Source of the DNA: an uncultured delta proteobacterium
Lineage (GTDB): Bacteria; Desulfobacterota; Binatia; DP-6
Length of the DNA: 64,000 nucleotides
Direction of reading: 5' to 3'
NCBI GenBank assembly: GCA_963851365.1
Contig: CAWKPA010000001.1
Coordinates: 167,013-231,012, forward strand
Made by a program: the position numbers and the translations under genes. The notes below the pieces were generated by a model. It was not told the DNA's origin, did no database searches, and saw nothing but the letters and a program-made list of their open reading frames with translations. Below are positions 42,969 to 52,886 of this stretch, one piece after another. Position 1 is the stretch's first letter, and each line of letters begins with the position of its first letter.

Positions 42969-43991
42969 CTACTTGTACGCCACCGCCGCGCTGGTCGCGC
43001 CGGCCAGGTGAATGACGGCGAAGCGCCGGAACCCCACCTGCTCGCACCAGCCGCGAAAATCCGCGCCGGTGAAGTCGAAGGCGTCGCCGAACTCGATCAA
43101 CATGTTGAGCGACATGAGCAGGCCGAAGAGGTTCTCGCGGCGGCGGTCGTCGATGAGGGCTTCGATCGCCACCAGCGCGCCATCCGGCGGCAGGGCGTCG
43201 TACGCTGCCCGGATGAGGCGCAGTTTCTTGTCCAGATTCCAATCGTGGAGGATCATCCCCATCGTGACGACATCCGCCTTGGGCAGCGGGTCCACGAAGA
43301 AATCCCCCGCGGCCGTGTCTATGCGGTCAGTCAGCCCGGCGGCGGCGATGGCGTTCTTCGCGACGGGCTCGACCGGCGGCAGGTCGAAGGACGTGCAGCG
43401 GAGATGTGGGTGGCGTTTGGCGACCTCGATCGACAGCAAGCCGGTGGCCCCGCCCACGTCGCACAGCGTCCGGTAGGGCGTGAAGTCGAACTTCTCGGCG
43501 AACGCCTCGAAGTTGATGCGCGAGAGCCCCGTCATCGCGCCGAGGAACTGCTCCAGCTTCGGCAGCTCGGCGTAGAGCTCTTCGAAGACGCCCTTGCGAC
43601 CGTGCTTGGTCTCGTTCTGGGGCTTTCCCGTGCGCAGCGCCTCCGGCAGATCCTGCCAGAACCGGTATAGCCGCGCGTTCAGCATCTCGAGAATGCCGCC
43701 CACATAGCGCGGGCTCGTCCGATCGAGGTACAGGGCGCCCGCGGCGGTGTTGCGGTACGACGCCCCGGTCCCGTCGCCGTCACGCTCGAGGAAACCCATC
43801 GCCACCAAAGCGTCGAAGAAGTCGTAGGTGCCACGCGGGTGGAGTCCCAGCTCGTCGCCGAGCGCCGCCGCGGTGAGCCTGCGCGAACCGAGCCGCGTGA
43901 AGAGGCCGAGCTCGACGGCCGTCAGCAGGACCTTGGCGGACCAGAACGAGAAGGCGGTCTGGAGGATCGGCGCAACGTCCGGGGGCGGCAT
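42969..43991 (-). CDS. SAM-dependent O-methyltransferase (Methyltransf_2 with dimerisation domain)
   Basis: AVELGLF, DVGGATG, GDFF and ILHDW. Confidence 0.9.
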   Translation of the reverse strand: MPPPDVAPILQTAFSFWSAKVLLTAVELGLFTRLGSRRLTAAALGDELGLHPRGTYDFFDALVAMGFLERDGDGTGASYRNTAAGALYLDRTSPRYVGGILEMLNARLYRFWQDLPEALRTGKPQNETKHGRKGVFEELYAELPKLEQFLGAMTGLSRINFEAFAEKFDFTPYRTLCDVGGATGLLSIEVAKRHPHLRCTSFDLPPVEPVAKNAIAAAGLTDRIDTAAGDFFVDPLPKADVVTMGMILHDWNLDKKLRLIRAAYDALPPDGALVAIEALIDDRRRENLFGLLMSLNMLIEFGDAFDFTGADFRGWCEQVGFRRFAVIHLAGATSAAVAYK

Positions 43992-44120
43992 GGCTCGGGT
44001 GTAGAAAGAGATCGCCCCGGGACGCAAGAGCCGGCGCACGCAGCCATCGGGGCACGGCTTGCCTGGCCCGGCCAACGAGGCGAGAATCAGTGGTCCGAGT
44101 CCACAGGAGGAGGTTCGCCC

Positions 44121-45557
44121 ATGGCCCAGACCGCACAGCTCCGGAAGATCGAGCATGCCGAGAACGAGGCGCAGCGCGTCTTCGCGCTCCAGCGCGCCGC
44201 ATATCTCGCCCACCCCTATCCGACGCTCGCGGAGCGCAAGGAGAATCTCAAGAAGCTGGACCGCCTGCTGGTGGACAACGCGCAGGCGATCGCCGAGGCG
44301 ATCAACGCCGACTTCGGGCACCGGGCGGTCGAAGAGACGCTCATGGCCGAGGTCTTCGGGACGGTCGACGGCATCCGCCACGCGGTGAAGCACGTCGCCA
44401 AATGGATGAAGCCCCAGAAACGCGCCGTGGCGATCACCTTCGCGGGCGGCTCGAACACGCTCATCCCGCAACCGAAGGGCGTGGTCGGCATCGTGTCGCC
44501 GTGGAACTACCCGCTCTTCCTGACGGCGGGACCGCTCACCAGCATCCTCGCAGCCGGCAACCGTGCCATGATCAAGATGGCGACCAACTCCCAGCACCTG
44601 GCCCGCCTGCTGGCGGAGAAGTTCGCCGCGGTCTTTCCGGAGGACACCGTCGCGATCCTGCCCGGTGTGCGCGCGCAGGACTTCTCCACCCTGCCCTTCG
44701 ACCACATCATCTTCACGGGCTCGGCCGACGCCGGCCGCACGGTGATGCGGTCCGCGGCCGAGAACCTGACGCCGGTGACGCTGGAGCTGGGCGGCAAGTC
44801 GCCCACCATCGTATGCGACGACTTCGACGTCGACGAGGCGGCGGCGCGCATCCTCTACGCCAAGTACCTGAACGCCGGTCAGACGTGCCTCGCGCCCGAC
44901 TACCTGCTGATCTCCGAGGCGAACCGCGATCGCTTCGTCGAGGCCGCGAAGCGCATCATGCCGGCGCGCTACCCCGACACGAACCAGCAGAGCTACACGT
45001 CGGTGATCGACGACAAGTCGTACCGGCGGCTGCGCGCCACGCTGGAGGACGCCCGCCAGAAGGGCGCCACGCTGGTGCCGCTGATTCCCGGCGCCGAGTT
45101 CAACGACCAGCTCCGCAAGATCCCGCCGCACCTGCTGCTCGACGTCACCGACGACATGACCATCATGCAGGAGGAGATCTTCGGGCCGCTCTTCCCGGTG
45201 AAGACCTACCGCAGCCTGGACGAGGCGATCGCCTATGTGAACGCCAAGGACCGGCCGCTCGGCTTCTACGTCTTCACCAACGACAAGGCGATTCAGGAAA
45301 CGGTGCTGTACGCCACCATTTCGGGCGGCGTCACCATCAACAACTGCGTGCTCCACGTGGCGCAGCACGACATGCCCTTCGGCGGGGTCGGCGCCAGCGG
45401 CATCGGCCACTACCACGGCTGGGAGGGCTTCCTCGAATTCACCAAGCTGCGCCCGGTGTTCCGGAACCCCCGCTTCTCCATGTTGAGCATGCTCTACCCA
45501 CCCTACACCGCGCGCACGCGTCAGCTGCTCGATCTGCTGATCAAGTACAAGCCGTAG
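44121..45557 (+). CDS. Aldehyde dehydrogenase (coniferyl-aldehyde dehydrogenase-like)
   Basis: SPWNYP, FTGS, LELGGKSP, NAGQTC, EEIFGP and PFGGVG; strong SD. Confidence 0.92.
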   Translation: MAQTAQLRKIEHAENEAQRVFALQRAAYLAHPYPTLAERKENLKKLDRLLVDNAQAIAEAINADFGHRAVEETLMAEVFGTVDGIRHAVKHVAKWMKPQKRAVAITFAGGSNTLIPQPKGVVGIVSPWNYPLFLTAGPLTSILAAGNRAMIKMATNSQHLARLLAEKFAAVFPEDTVAILPGVRAQDFSTLPFDHIIFTGSADAGRTVMRSAAENLTPVTLELGGKSPTIVCDDFDVDEAAARILYAKYLNAGQTCLAPDYLLISEANRDRFVEAAKRIMPARYPDTNQQSYTSVIDDKSYRRLRATLEDARQKGATLVPLIPGAEFNDQLRKIPPHLLLDVTDDMTIMQEEIFGPLFPVKTYRSLDEAIAYVNAKDRPLGFYVFTNDKAIQETVLYATISGGVTINNCVLHVAQHDMPFGGVGASGIGHYHGWEGFLEFTKLRPVFRNPRFSMLSMLYPPYTARTRQLLDLLIKYKP

Positions 45558-45634
45558 GGCGCAGGGGGAGTCGGGCGCGTTCCTCGCGTCAGGCGGCAGC
45601 CCCCGCCCGGGACCGTGCCGCGTGGCGGCGGGGA

Positions 45635-46810
45635 TCACGTACCGTGGGGGGGCGGCGACATCGCGCGGCGGCGGAACGTTCCGGCGACGAACCGGACCGG
45701 CCTGTAGAGGTAACAGACGGGGAGCAACCACGCGGTCTGGACCGGAAACGCACTGCGCAGGTACGTGGACGACGGCGCCACGACCCAGCGCGCAACCCGC
45801 GCCCGCCCGCGCCACGAAGCCGCCGACCGCCACAGGCTGGCGAGGTCTCCGCGCGGGCCGGCATGCGCGCCCCCGAGCGCCACTTCGTACGCGGCGCGGT
45901 GCGCGGCCGCCGCGCGGGCCTGCAGAGCCGCCAGCGCCGGCGGCGGAATGCGGGCGCCCAGATCGGCGAGATACGCCGCCAGCGTCGCGATCGGCAGCGC
46001 CAGCCGATACGCGTCGATACGGCCGACCACGTCGTCCCAGTCGAGATCGTGCCGCGCGACGAGGTGCCAGGCGTCCGCCACCCACCGGAGGTTCCGCCTG
46101 CTGGGACTGTACGAGGCGTGGCCGAGCACGTGCACCAGCGTGGCTTCGGGCGCCGGCGCCCGGGCGGAGGCCTCGTCGATGGCGATCCGGCAGGCATCGC
46201 GGCAGAACTCCTCGACCGTCGCGTCGTAGTAGCCGACCCCGAACGGCCTCACATGGAGCGCGATCTCGAGGCCGGAGCCGTGCCGGAGCACCGCGCCGAT
46301 GCGCGGCCCACGGAATCGCCCGATGGGGACGCACTCCGCGCGGGCGAGCGCCCGCACCGCGCGCGTCAGTTGGCGGGCCGGCACGAGCAGGTCCACGTCG
46401 TGACAGTGCCGCAGCTCCCAGGCGTCGTAGACCGTCGCCGCGAGCGCGGCCCCGCGCACCACGAGCGCCTCGACCCCGTCGCGGGCGAGGGCGGCGAGGA
46501 CTCCGGCGGCGATCTGGCGATACCGCGCCGCACGCAGTTCCTCGCGGAGCGCCGCGGCGCGCACGTACGACAGGACGTCGCCTCCCAGGTCGAGGTCGTT
46601 GCGAGTCACCGAGCGGGCGAGCAGTGGCAGGAGGGTGCGCGTCCCGGCCAGGTCGGCACACACGCCCGCGTCGGTGGACCCGCGGCGCGCGCGCCAGCGA
46701 CGCCAGCCGTCCCCGGCCGACGACCCGGTGTGCAGACATGCGGCGAGGAGCGCGCTCTCGTCGGGCGTCGGCAGCAGCACCGAGAAGGTGCCGCCGATGC
46801 CGCCGGTCAC
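45635..46810 (-). CDS. Nucleotidyltransferase family protein (NTP_transf_5-like)
   Basis: VVRGAALA..Y...R..HDVDLLV, EIALH and LRWVAD. Confidence 0.75.
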   Translation of the reverse strand: MTGGIGGTFSVLLPTPDESALLAACLHTGSSAGDGWRRWRARRGSTDAGVCADLAGTRTLLPLLARSVTRNDLDLGGDVLSYVRAAALREELRAARYRQIAAGVLAALARDGVEALVVRGAALAATVYDAWELRHCHDVDLLVPARQLTRAVRALARAECVPIGRFRGPRIGAVLRHGSGLEIALHVRPFGVGYYDATVEEFCRDACRIAIDEASARAPAPEATLVHVLGHASYSPSRRNLRWVADAWHLVARHDLDWDDVVGRIDAYRLALPIATLAAYLADLGARIPPPALAALQARAAAAHRAAYEVALGGAHAGPRGDLASLWRSAASWRGRARVARWVVAPSSTYLRSAFPVQTAWLLPVCYLYRPVRFVAGTFRRRAMSPPPHGT

Positions 46811-47502
46811 GTCGGCGTCCCCCGCCGTCGATCGAGCGCCGCCTTCACGACGTGCAGGAACTGGTCGCGGCTCGCTGACCGATGCCGGCGGCTGAAGTTG
46901 TCGTGGTGGAGCCGCCGGCGCGTGAGGACCTCCGGAACGAGGACGCCGGCCGCTCCGCGTTCCGAAGCCCGCAGGAACCAGTCCGCGGCGAACGCGAAGG
47001 GCAACGTCTCGTCGAAGTGGCCGATGTCCCCGAACGTGGCGCGCCGCACGAGCAGCGTCTGCACGACGTACCCCGGCACCGGTTGCATGACCGGTCGATC
47101 GGCATAGCGCTCGGCCTCCCGCTGCAGCTCCGGGATCCAGAAGTTCTGCACGAGACCCACGCAATGGCTCAGGGCGGGGTTCGCCGCGAACTCGGCAAGC
47201 TGGCGCCGCGTCTTGTCCGGCACCCACAGGTCGTCCTGCTCCAGGAATGCGACGAAGTCGCCGGTCGCGAGCGCCACACCCCGATTGCACGCCGCCGCCG
47301 GGCCGCGGTTCTCCTGCCGGTGGTATCGCACCGTCCCGTCGTACCGGCGAACGACCGCCGGCGAGTCGTCGGTGGAGCCGTCGTCGACGACGATCACCTC
47401 GAGCGGTCGATGCGTCTGCGCGAGGATGCTCCGGAGACTCTCGTCGAGGTACCGTGCGCCGTTGAAGCAGGGCACGATGCAGCTGACCAGTGCGCGCGAC
47501 AT
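46807..47502 (-). CDS. Glycosyltransferase family 2
   Basis: VSCIVPCFN, VVDDGSTD and N.G.A.ACN; atypical FLEQDD motif. Confidence 0.88.
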   Translation of the reverse strand: MSRALVSCIVPCFNGARYLDESLRSILAQTHRPLEVIVVDDGSTDDSPAVVRRYDGTVRYHRQENRGPAAACNRGVALATGDFVAFLEQDDLWVPDKTRRQLAEFAANPALSHCVGLVQNFWIPELQREAERYADRPVMQPVPGYVVQTLLVRRATFGDIGHFDETLPFAFAADWFLRASERGAAGVLVPEVLTRRRLHHDNFSRRHRSASRDQFLHVVKAALDRRRGTPT

Positions 47503-47504
47503 GA

Positions 47505-48749
47505 TCACAGCCCCAGGGCGTCGATCGCCTCCCGTACACGGGCGCCCACCGTGGACCAGGAGAATCGCTCGGTGACGATCGCTCTGGCATTCGCCATCAG
47601 CCGACTCGCCAGCACGGGGTCGCGGCGGATCGACAACACGGCATCGACGAACTCGCCCGGGGCGTGCGCCAGCAGCAGGTGGCGACCCCCCTCGACGCCC
47701 AGGCCCTCCGCCCCCTTGGCGGTGCTGACGACGGGCAGGCCGGCAGCGAACGCTTCCAGCACCTTGAGGTGCGTTCCGCCGCCGTGGAACAGCGGCACCA
47801 CCATCACGGTGGCCTCGGCGAAGTACGGCCGGACGTCCGGTACCGCTCCGGTCACGACGATGCGGACATCACGCGCCGCGGCGTCGAGCAGCGACCGGGG
47901 AGGCGTCGGACCGACGAGCACCAGGCGCGAGGTCTCCCGGGCGGCGACGAGGCGCGGAAACACCTCGTCGACGAGGAACTGCGCGGCGATCGCGTTCGGC
48001 AGATACGAGAAGATTCCGGGGAACAGCAGGGTGAGCGCGGCCTCGTCGGACGCGGGCGTGCGGCGCCCGGCGCACCCGTCGCCGTAGCTGTCCACCCGAA
48101 CGCCGTTCGGCACGACGAACGGCGGCGACCGCACGTCGTACAGCGCGCGCATGCGGTTCGCGTCATCCTCGCTGCAGACCCACACCTGGTCGGCCGCGCC
48201 GACCGCCCGCCGCTCGATCGCTTCGGTCCGCGCCGGCAGCACGTCACGGACGACGCGTCCCTCCAGGTCCTGGCGGGTGTTCGTTGCCGCGAGGGCCCGC
48301 ATCACGGCCGCTTCGACGTTGTGGCAGTCGAGGATCACCCGGCAGCCGGCCGCGCGCAGCACGTCCACGTAGCCGTGCAGCCAGAGCCCTTCGACGAGCG
48401 CCGCGTCCGGGCGGAACCGGTCGAGCAGATCCCCCAGCTCGCGCGCCGCCTGCTCGGAGAAGTGGAGATCCGACGGATGACCCGCGGGGTCCAACAGCCA
48501 CGCCCTGGCCGCCAGCGCGACGTCCCTCGGCGGGGGCGACGTCAGCGCCGGGTCCGTCGATGCCGTCCAGAACGCGAGCGGCAGATCCGGCGCCGCGTGC
48601 CGGCGGCCGTCGTTGGAGCACAGCCCGAACACGCCGACGCGCCCGCACGAGGTCAGCGCGTTGACGTGCTGCCAGGTGCGGAGGTCGCCCCCCTTCACCG
48701 TCGGGTACGGCAAGGACTCGGACAGCACGAGGATGCGCGGCCGGCTCAC
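47505..48749 (-). CDS. Glycosyltransferase family 4
   Basis: VVPNGV, YLPN and GGGTHLKVLEAFAAGLPVVST. Confidence 0.9.
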   Translation of the reverse strand: MSRPRILVLSESLPYPTVKGGDLRTWQHVNALTSCGRVGVFGLCSNDGRRHAAPDLPLAFWTASTDPALTSPPPRDVALAARAWLLDPAGHPSDLHFSEQAARELGDLLDRFRPDAALVEGLWLHGYVDVLRAAGCRVILDCHNVEAAVMRALAATNTRQDLEGRVVRDVLPARTEAIERRAVGAADQVWVCSEDDANRMRALYDVRSPPFVVPNGVRVDSYGDGCAGRRTPASDEAALTLLFPGIFSYLPNAIAAQFLVDEVFPRLVAARETSRLVLVGPTPPRSLLDAAARDVRIVVTGAVPDVRPYFAEATVMVVPLFHGGGTHLKVLEAFAAGLPVVSTAKGAEGLGVEGGRHLLLAHAPGEFVDAVLSIRRDPVLASRLMANARAIVTERFSWSTVGARVREAIDALGL

Positions 48750-49831
48750 GCAACGTTCCGGGACCCGGCGCTGGTCACGATGCGCTCGAGACTCGGGCGG
48801 ATGTCGCCGAGATCGGGACCGAGGAACAGCCAGTACGCCGGGACGCGCTCGACCAAGGCTGCGATCCGTTCCAGCGCCTCGCGCCCCGGCCGCGGCACCA
48901 CGGTGTGGAGCGTACTGGCGGCGAACTGCCGGAGCGCTTCGGAGGCGCGCGCCGGGCGGATCTCCGTCCGCTCGCTGCGGATGCGCAGCAGGACGACGGC
49001 GCGAATCGGCACCGTGGACCGGAGCAGGCCGGGGTGGATCTCGGAGAGGAACAGGATCGGCTTCTCCTCCTCGGGGAAGCTGTCCTCGACGGCGCGTGGT
49101 TGGATTTCGGGGAAGCGCTCCAGGTTCTTGCGGGCGATGCACGCGGTGTTGAAGATGCTGTGCCCGCGGAAGCTCCCATCGGGCCCCCGCTCGAGGCCGA
49201 CGAAATCGTCGCCGAGGTATTCCAGTCCCTGCGAGACGCTCGCCACGCACGTCGTCGACTTGCCGGTCCCGCTCTCGCCGGGGAGCAGGATTCCCGCGCC
49301 GCCGGCGGCGATCAGGCCGGCGTGCAGGATCTGCACGCCCCGGTCGTGGTACCAGACGGACAACAGGAGCACGAACGGCTTGCTGCATTCGCCGCGCGCG
49401 AGGTGCGACCCACTCCGCCGGCAGCCGATGATATGCTGCGCGTGGCGATCGAGCACCGTGACGGAGTCCTGGTAGTGGAAGCTCACATACCGGCCATCGG
49501 GCGATGCCGTGAGGGTGCCGTCGCACGCGACCCACTCCCGCCCGGCCCCGGTCGCCGTCGCTTCCGGCGGACACGGCACGCCGGTTTCGGTCTCGTCCCA
49601 GAGATCGATCGACAGGCCTTGCCCCGCGACACCCTCGATGCGCCGCGCGAGATGGGCGAACGCGCGATGCGTGCGCTCGCCCAGTCGGGCGCCGACCGCA
49701 CGCAGTCGCACGGGTCGCCCGGCGAACTCGTAGGTTTCCTCGCGCACCTCGCCGGGGCAGCGGCGCAGCGCTTCGCCGACCTCGCGTCGCATCCCCACGA
49801 CGTGAGCCGGCGTCTCGCACACGGGCGTCAC
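48746..49831 (-). CDS. HPr kinase-like kinase (lasso-peptide kinase-like)
   Basis: LHAG, Walker A GESGTGKSTT and YLGDDFV. Confidence 0.8.
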   Translation of the reverse strand: MTPVCETPAHVVGMRREVGEALRRCPGEVREETYEFAGRPVRLRAVGARLGERTHRAFAHLARRIEGVAGQGLSIDLWDETETGVPCPPEATATGAGREWVACDGTLTASPDGRYVSFHYQDSVTVLDRHAQHIIGCRRSGSHLARGECSKPFVLLLSVWYHDRGVQILHAGLIAAGGAGILLPGESGTGKSTTCVASVSQGLEYLGDDFVGLERGPDGSFRGHSIFNTACIARKNLERFPEIQPRAVEDSFPEEEKPILFLSEIHPGLLRSTVPIRAVVLLRIRSERTEIRPARASEALRQFAASTLHTVVPRPGREALERIAALVERVPAYWLFLGPDLGDIRPSLERIVTSAGSRNVA

Positions 49832-50271
49832 CGCGTCTTCCCCTCGTTGAACATCAGGTCGTCGATGCCCGGCGTCGGCGGATCGAGCGCGAGCAGATTC
49901 CCCATGTCGCGGTAGACGTTGAGCTTCGGCGTCTCGTACACCAGGGTCGCGCCCGCGGGCGCGGCGCCGGGCTGCCCTCCCGCGCCAGCGCCATCCGAGG
50001 CGACGACGAGGCCCTCCGCGAGCAGCTCCTGGACGAGCGCGCCGACGTCGTGCGCGACCTGGTCGGCGGATGCCCCATACCACCCGGCGATGGTGGCGGC
50101 GAGGGTGGGCAGGTCATGCTGCTGCTCGATCAGCTCCCACACCCGGGCGCCGACGTTGTCCATGGAATAGTACGTCCCGTCGGACAGGCGGATGATGATC
50201 AGCTCGCCGTCGATCACCTTGGCGGCGACGTCCGCCCCGTTCGGTGCGAAGCGCTCTCGCGGTTCAGACAT
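49828..50271 (-). CDS. PqqD/RRE domain protein with C-terminal YxxPxL leader-like tail
   Basis: RRE core DGELIII..GTYYSMDNVGARVWELI..DV..LV..L..EGLV, then a Gly/Ala linker and YETPKLNVYRDMGNLLALDPP. Confidence 0.85.
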   Translation of the reverse strand: MSEPRERFAPNGADVAAKVIDGELIIIRLSDGTYYSMDNVGARVWELIEQQHDLPTLAATIAGWYGASADQVAHDVGALVQELLAEGLVVASDGAGAGGQPGAAPAGATLVYETPKLNVYRDMGNLLALDPPTPGIDDLMFNEGKTR

Positions 50272-51388
50272 GAGGTTCCTCCATCAGACGATTGTGTTCG
50301 TAGAGCCGTTCGTACTCGTCCACGCAGCGATCCCAGGCGAACCGCTCGACGGCCCGGACGCGTGCCGCGCGTCCCATCCGATCGGCAGCCGCAGGATCCT
50401 CCAGAAGGCGTACGATGGCGTGCGCGAGCGCGGTGGGGTCTTCCCGGTCCACCAGTATGCCCGTCGTTCCATCCTCGACTACCTCGGCAAGGCCGCCGAC
50501 GCGCGCCGCGACGACCGGGCGCGCCATGAAGGCCGCTTCGAGCGCCACCAGGCCGAAGGGCTCGTCCCACCGCGACGGCACGACGACGAGAGCGGCCCGA
50601 TCGACGAGCGCCGGCACCGCATCGGGCGGGACGGCGCCCAGGAACTCGATCGCCCCGGACAGACCCAGGCTGCAGGCCAGGGCCTCCAGCTCGGCGCGGG
50701 CGGCGCCATCCCCGGCGAGCACGAGCCGGGCGTCCGGCACCCGGGGCAGCACCATGGCGAACGCCCGGACCGCGAGGTCGAATCCCTTGTCGGCCACCAG
50801 TCGCCCGAAGCCGAGGACCCGTGGCGCCGCGGTCGGCCGCTCGCTCGGGCGATGCGCCGGAACCGGCATACCGTAGTAGGTGACCGACGAGCGATCACGA
50901 AGCTCCGGCGCGACCCGTAGGAGGTCCGCATGGACGGCGTGCGAGTTGCAGTTCACCCAATCGGCGGAGCGGAGCGCGCGGCCGGCGAGGGTGTCGCCGC
51001 GCGCGGCATCGGCGGGCACGGGACTGTGCATCGTCAACAGGACCGACGCTGGGCGGCGGCCCAACGATGCCAGGTGGAAGAGCACGCTCGGTCCGAGTGT
51101 GTTGAGGTGGATCAGGTCCGGCGGGTGTTCGCGTTGGAGGCGCCAGACCGCCCGCAGCGCCTCCGCCATGCGATCGACGTCATTGGCGGCCAGGATGGCG
51201 TGGAACCAGTAGCGGCGCACGCGCACACCCTCATGGTCGAACTCGTCGGGCAGGCCCGGGCGATGGTGTCCGGCAACGACGGTGATCTCGTGCCCGCGGC
51301 GTGCGAGCGCCGGCAGCAGGCGTGCGGCGAAGACCTCGACGCCCCCAATGGAGGGGAGAAACCAATCCGTCCAGAAGAGGACGCGCAT
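50264..51388 (-). CDS. Glycosyltransferase family 4
   Basis: FLPSIGGVE, GRLVADKG, EPFGLVALEA and GGLAEVV. Confidence 0.92.
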   Translation of the reverse strand: MRVLFWTDWFLPSIGGVEVFAARLLPALARRGHEITVVAGHHRPGLPDEFDHEGVRVRRYWFHAILAANDVDRMAEALRAVWRLQREHPPDLIHLNTLGPSVLFHLASLGRRPASVLLTMHSPVPADAARGDTLAGRALRSADWVNCNSHAVHADLLRVAPELRDRSSVTYYGMPVPAHRPSERPTAAPRVLGFGRLVADKGFDLAVRAFAMVLPRVPDARLVLAGDGAARAELEALACSLGLSGAIEFLGAVPPDAVPALVDRAALVVVPSRWDEPFGLVALEAAFMARPVVAARVGGLAEVVEDGTTGILVDREDPTALAHAIVRLLEDPAAADRMGRAARVRAVERFAWDRCVDEYERLYEHNRLMEEPHV

Positions 51389-51542
51389 GGGGACCAGTAC
51401 CGCCTTTCTTCGGGGAAGACCAGAGATGCCGACGCGGCGCGTTGGGGCGATGGCCCGCGCCCGCGGCGGGACGCGAGGAGCCGCCCGCGTCCGGGGCTTG
51501 CGGGTCGGCATCGACATGGGGCAGCCTCGATCGCGCCGAGAT

Positions 51543-52886
51543 ATGCGGCATGTCTTGTTCATACACTATCATTTCCTGCCGGTGCACAACGTGGCCGTGA
51601 AGCGACTCGTGGGGTACGCCCGGGGGCTGCCTGCCTTCGGCTGGCGCACCTCGGTGCTCACCCGGGATTGGCGCGGAATCGAGGACGCGGACCCCCTGTG
51701 GGGTCTCAGCTGGGAGCCGGACATCGAGCGGGACCTCGGGTGCCCGATCTACCGGGTGCCGGCGCCGGCCCCCACCCGACCGCTGGCGCCCTCCTGGGAC
51801 CCGTCGCCGCCGCGGGGGGCCGGCCCGCGCGGCGTCCTGGCGCGGACAGGGCGTAAGCTGGCGGCGAAATCGCGCCGGCTTGCGCGCATGGCCGTTGGCG
51901 ACTACCCCGACGACCTGATCGGCTGGGCGCGCCCCGCGATCGACGCCGGCCTGGCGATCGCGCGCCGGGATCCGATCGACACGATCATGAGCTACTGCCC
52001 GCCCGAGACGAATCACGTCGTCGCCCGCCGGCTCGCCCGACGTCTCGACGTCCCCTGGGTGCCGTTCTTCGGTGATCTCTACGGGTTCCTCGAAGCGCCG
52101 CTGCCCGCGTATTCGATCGAGGGCGCCCTGCGACGGGCTTGGCACCGGTGGTGCCTGGCGCCGGCGGCCGCCTGCGTCGCCGTGTCGCCGTACATGGCCC
52201 GCTACCTCGCCCGAACCTATCGGAAGCCGACCACCGTCGTCCTCACTGGGTTCGACCCGGACCCGCCGCCCGTGGCGGCCGCCCCGGCGCCGGACCGCTT
52301 CGTGGTTTCCCACGTCGGCTCCGTGTACCCGGGGGATCAGCGGCCCGACATCCTCTTCGCCGGGCTCGACCGGCTCCTTGCGCAGCATCCCGAGATCGAG
52401 CCGCGACTCGAGGTCCGGCTGGTCGGCTCGAAATGCGACGCCCATCTCCGCGGCATGCTGGATGGCCGGCCCGCGGCGCGCGTGTGCACGATCCAGGCCA
52501 AGGTGCCGTCCGCGACCGCCGCCGTCATGGTGCATGCCAGCGACGCCCTGCTCGCGTTCACCTGCACGATGCACCGCGACCGGCACGGAACGCTCAGCTA
52601 CCCGACGAAGATCTTCGAGGCCTTCGGGGCGCGGCGCCCCATCCTGGCAATCCCCCCAGACGGCGACTGGGTCGACGAGCTGCTCGCGCGCACCGGCGGC
52701 GGCATCGGGGCGCGGGATCCGGACGAGGTCGCCGGCCGGCTCTGGGACTGGTTCTGCGAATGGCGACGCGACGGCCACCTGGCCTACCAGGGCAAGCCGG
52801 CGGAGATCGCCCGCTTCTCCCGCCGCGCGCAGGTCGAGCGCCTCGCGCGACTCTTCGAGACGGTCGCCGAGCGGCGGGCGCCATGA
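51543..52886 (+). CDS. Glycosyltransferase family 4-like
   Basis: YHFLP, SYCPP, GFD, HVGSVY and PTKIFEA..RPIL. Confidence 0.85.
   Translation: MRHVLFIHYHFLPVHNVAVKRLVGYARGLPAFGWRTSVLTRDWRGIEDADPLWGLSWEPDIERDLGCPIYRVPAPAPTRPLAPSWDPSPPRGAGPRGVLARTGRKLAAKSRRLARMAVGDYPDDLIGWARPAIDAGLAIARRDPIDTIMSYCPPETNHVVARRLARRLDVPWVPFFGDLYGFLEAPLPAYSIEGALRRAWHRWCLAPAAACVAVSPYMARYLARTYRKPTTVVLTGFDPDPPPVAAAPAPDRFVVSHVGSVYPGDQRPDILFAGLDRLLAQHPEIEPRLEVRLVGSKCDAHLRGMLDGRPAARVCTIQAKVPSATAAVMVHASDALLAFTCTMHRDRHGTLSYPTKIFEAFGARRPILAIPPDGDWVDELLARTGGGIGARDPDEVAGRLWDWFCEWRRDGHLAYQGKPAEIARFSRRAQVERLARLFETVAERRAP

Noticed and set aside
44048-44062. Sigma-54 promoter for the aldehyde dehydrogenase
   Set aside because: The GG-N10-GC spacing fits, but the -24 element lacks TGGC; weak evidence in GC-rich DNA.
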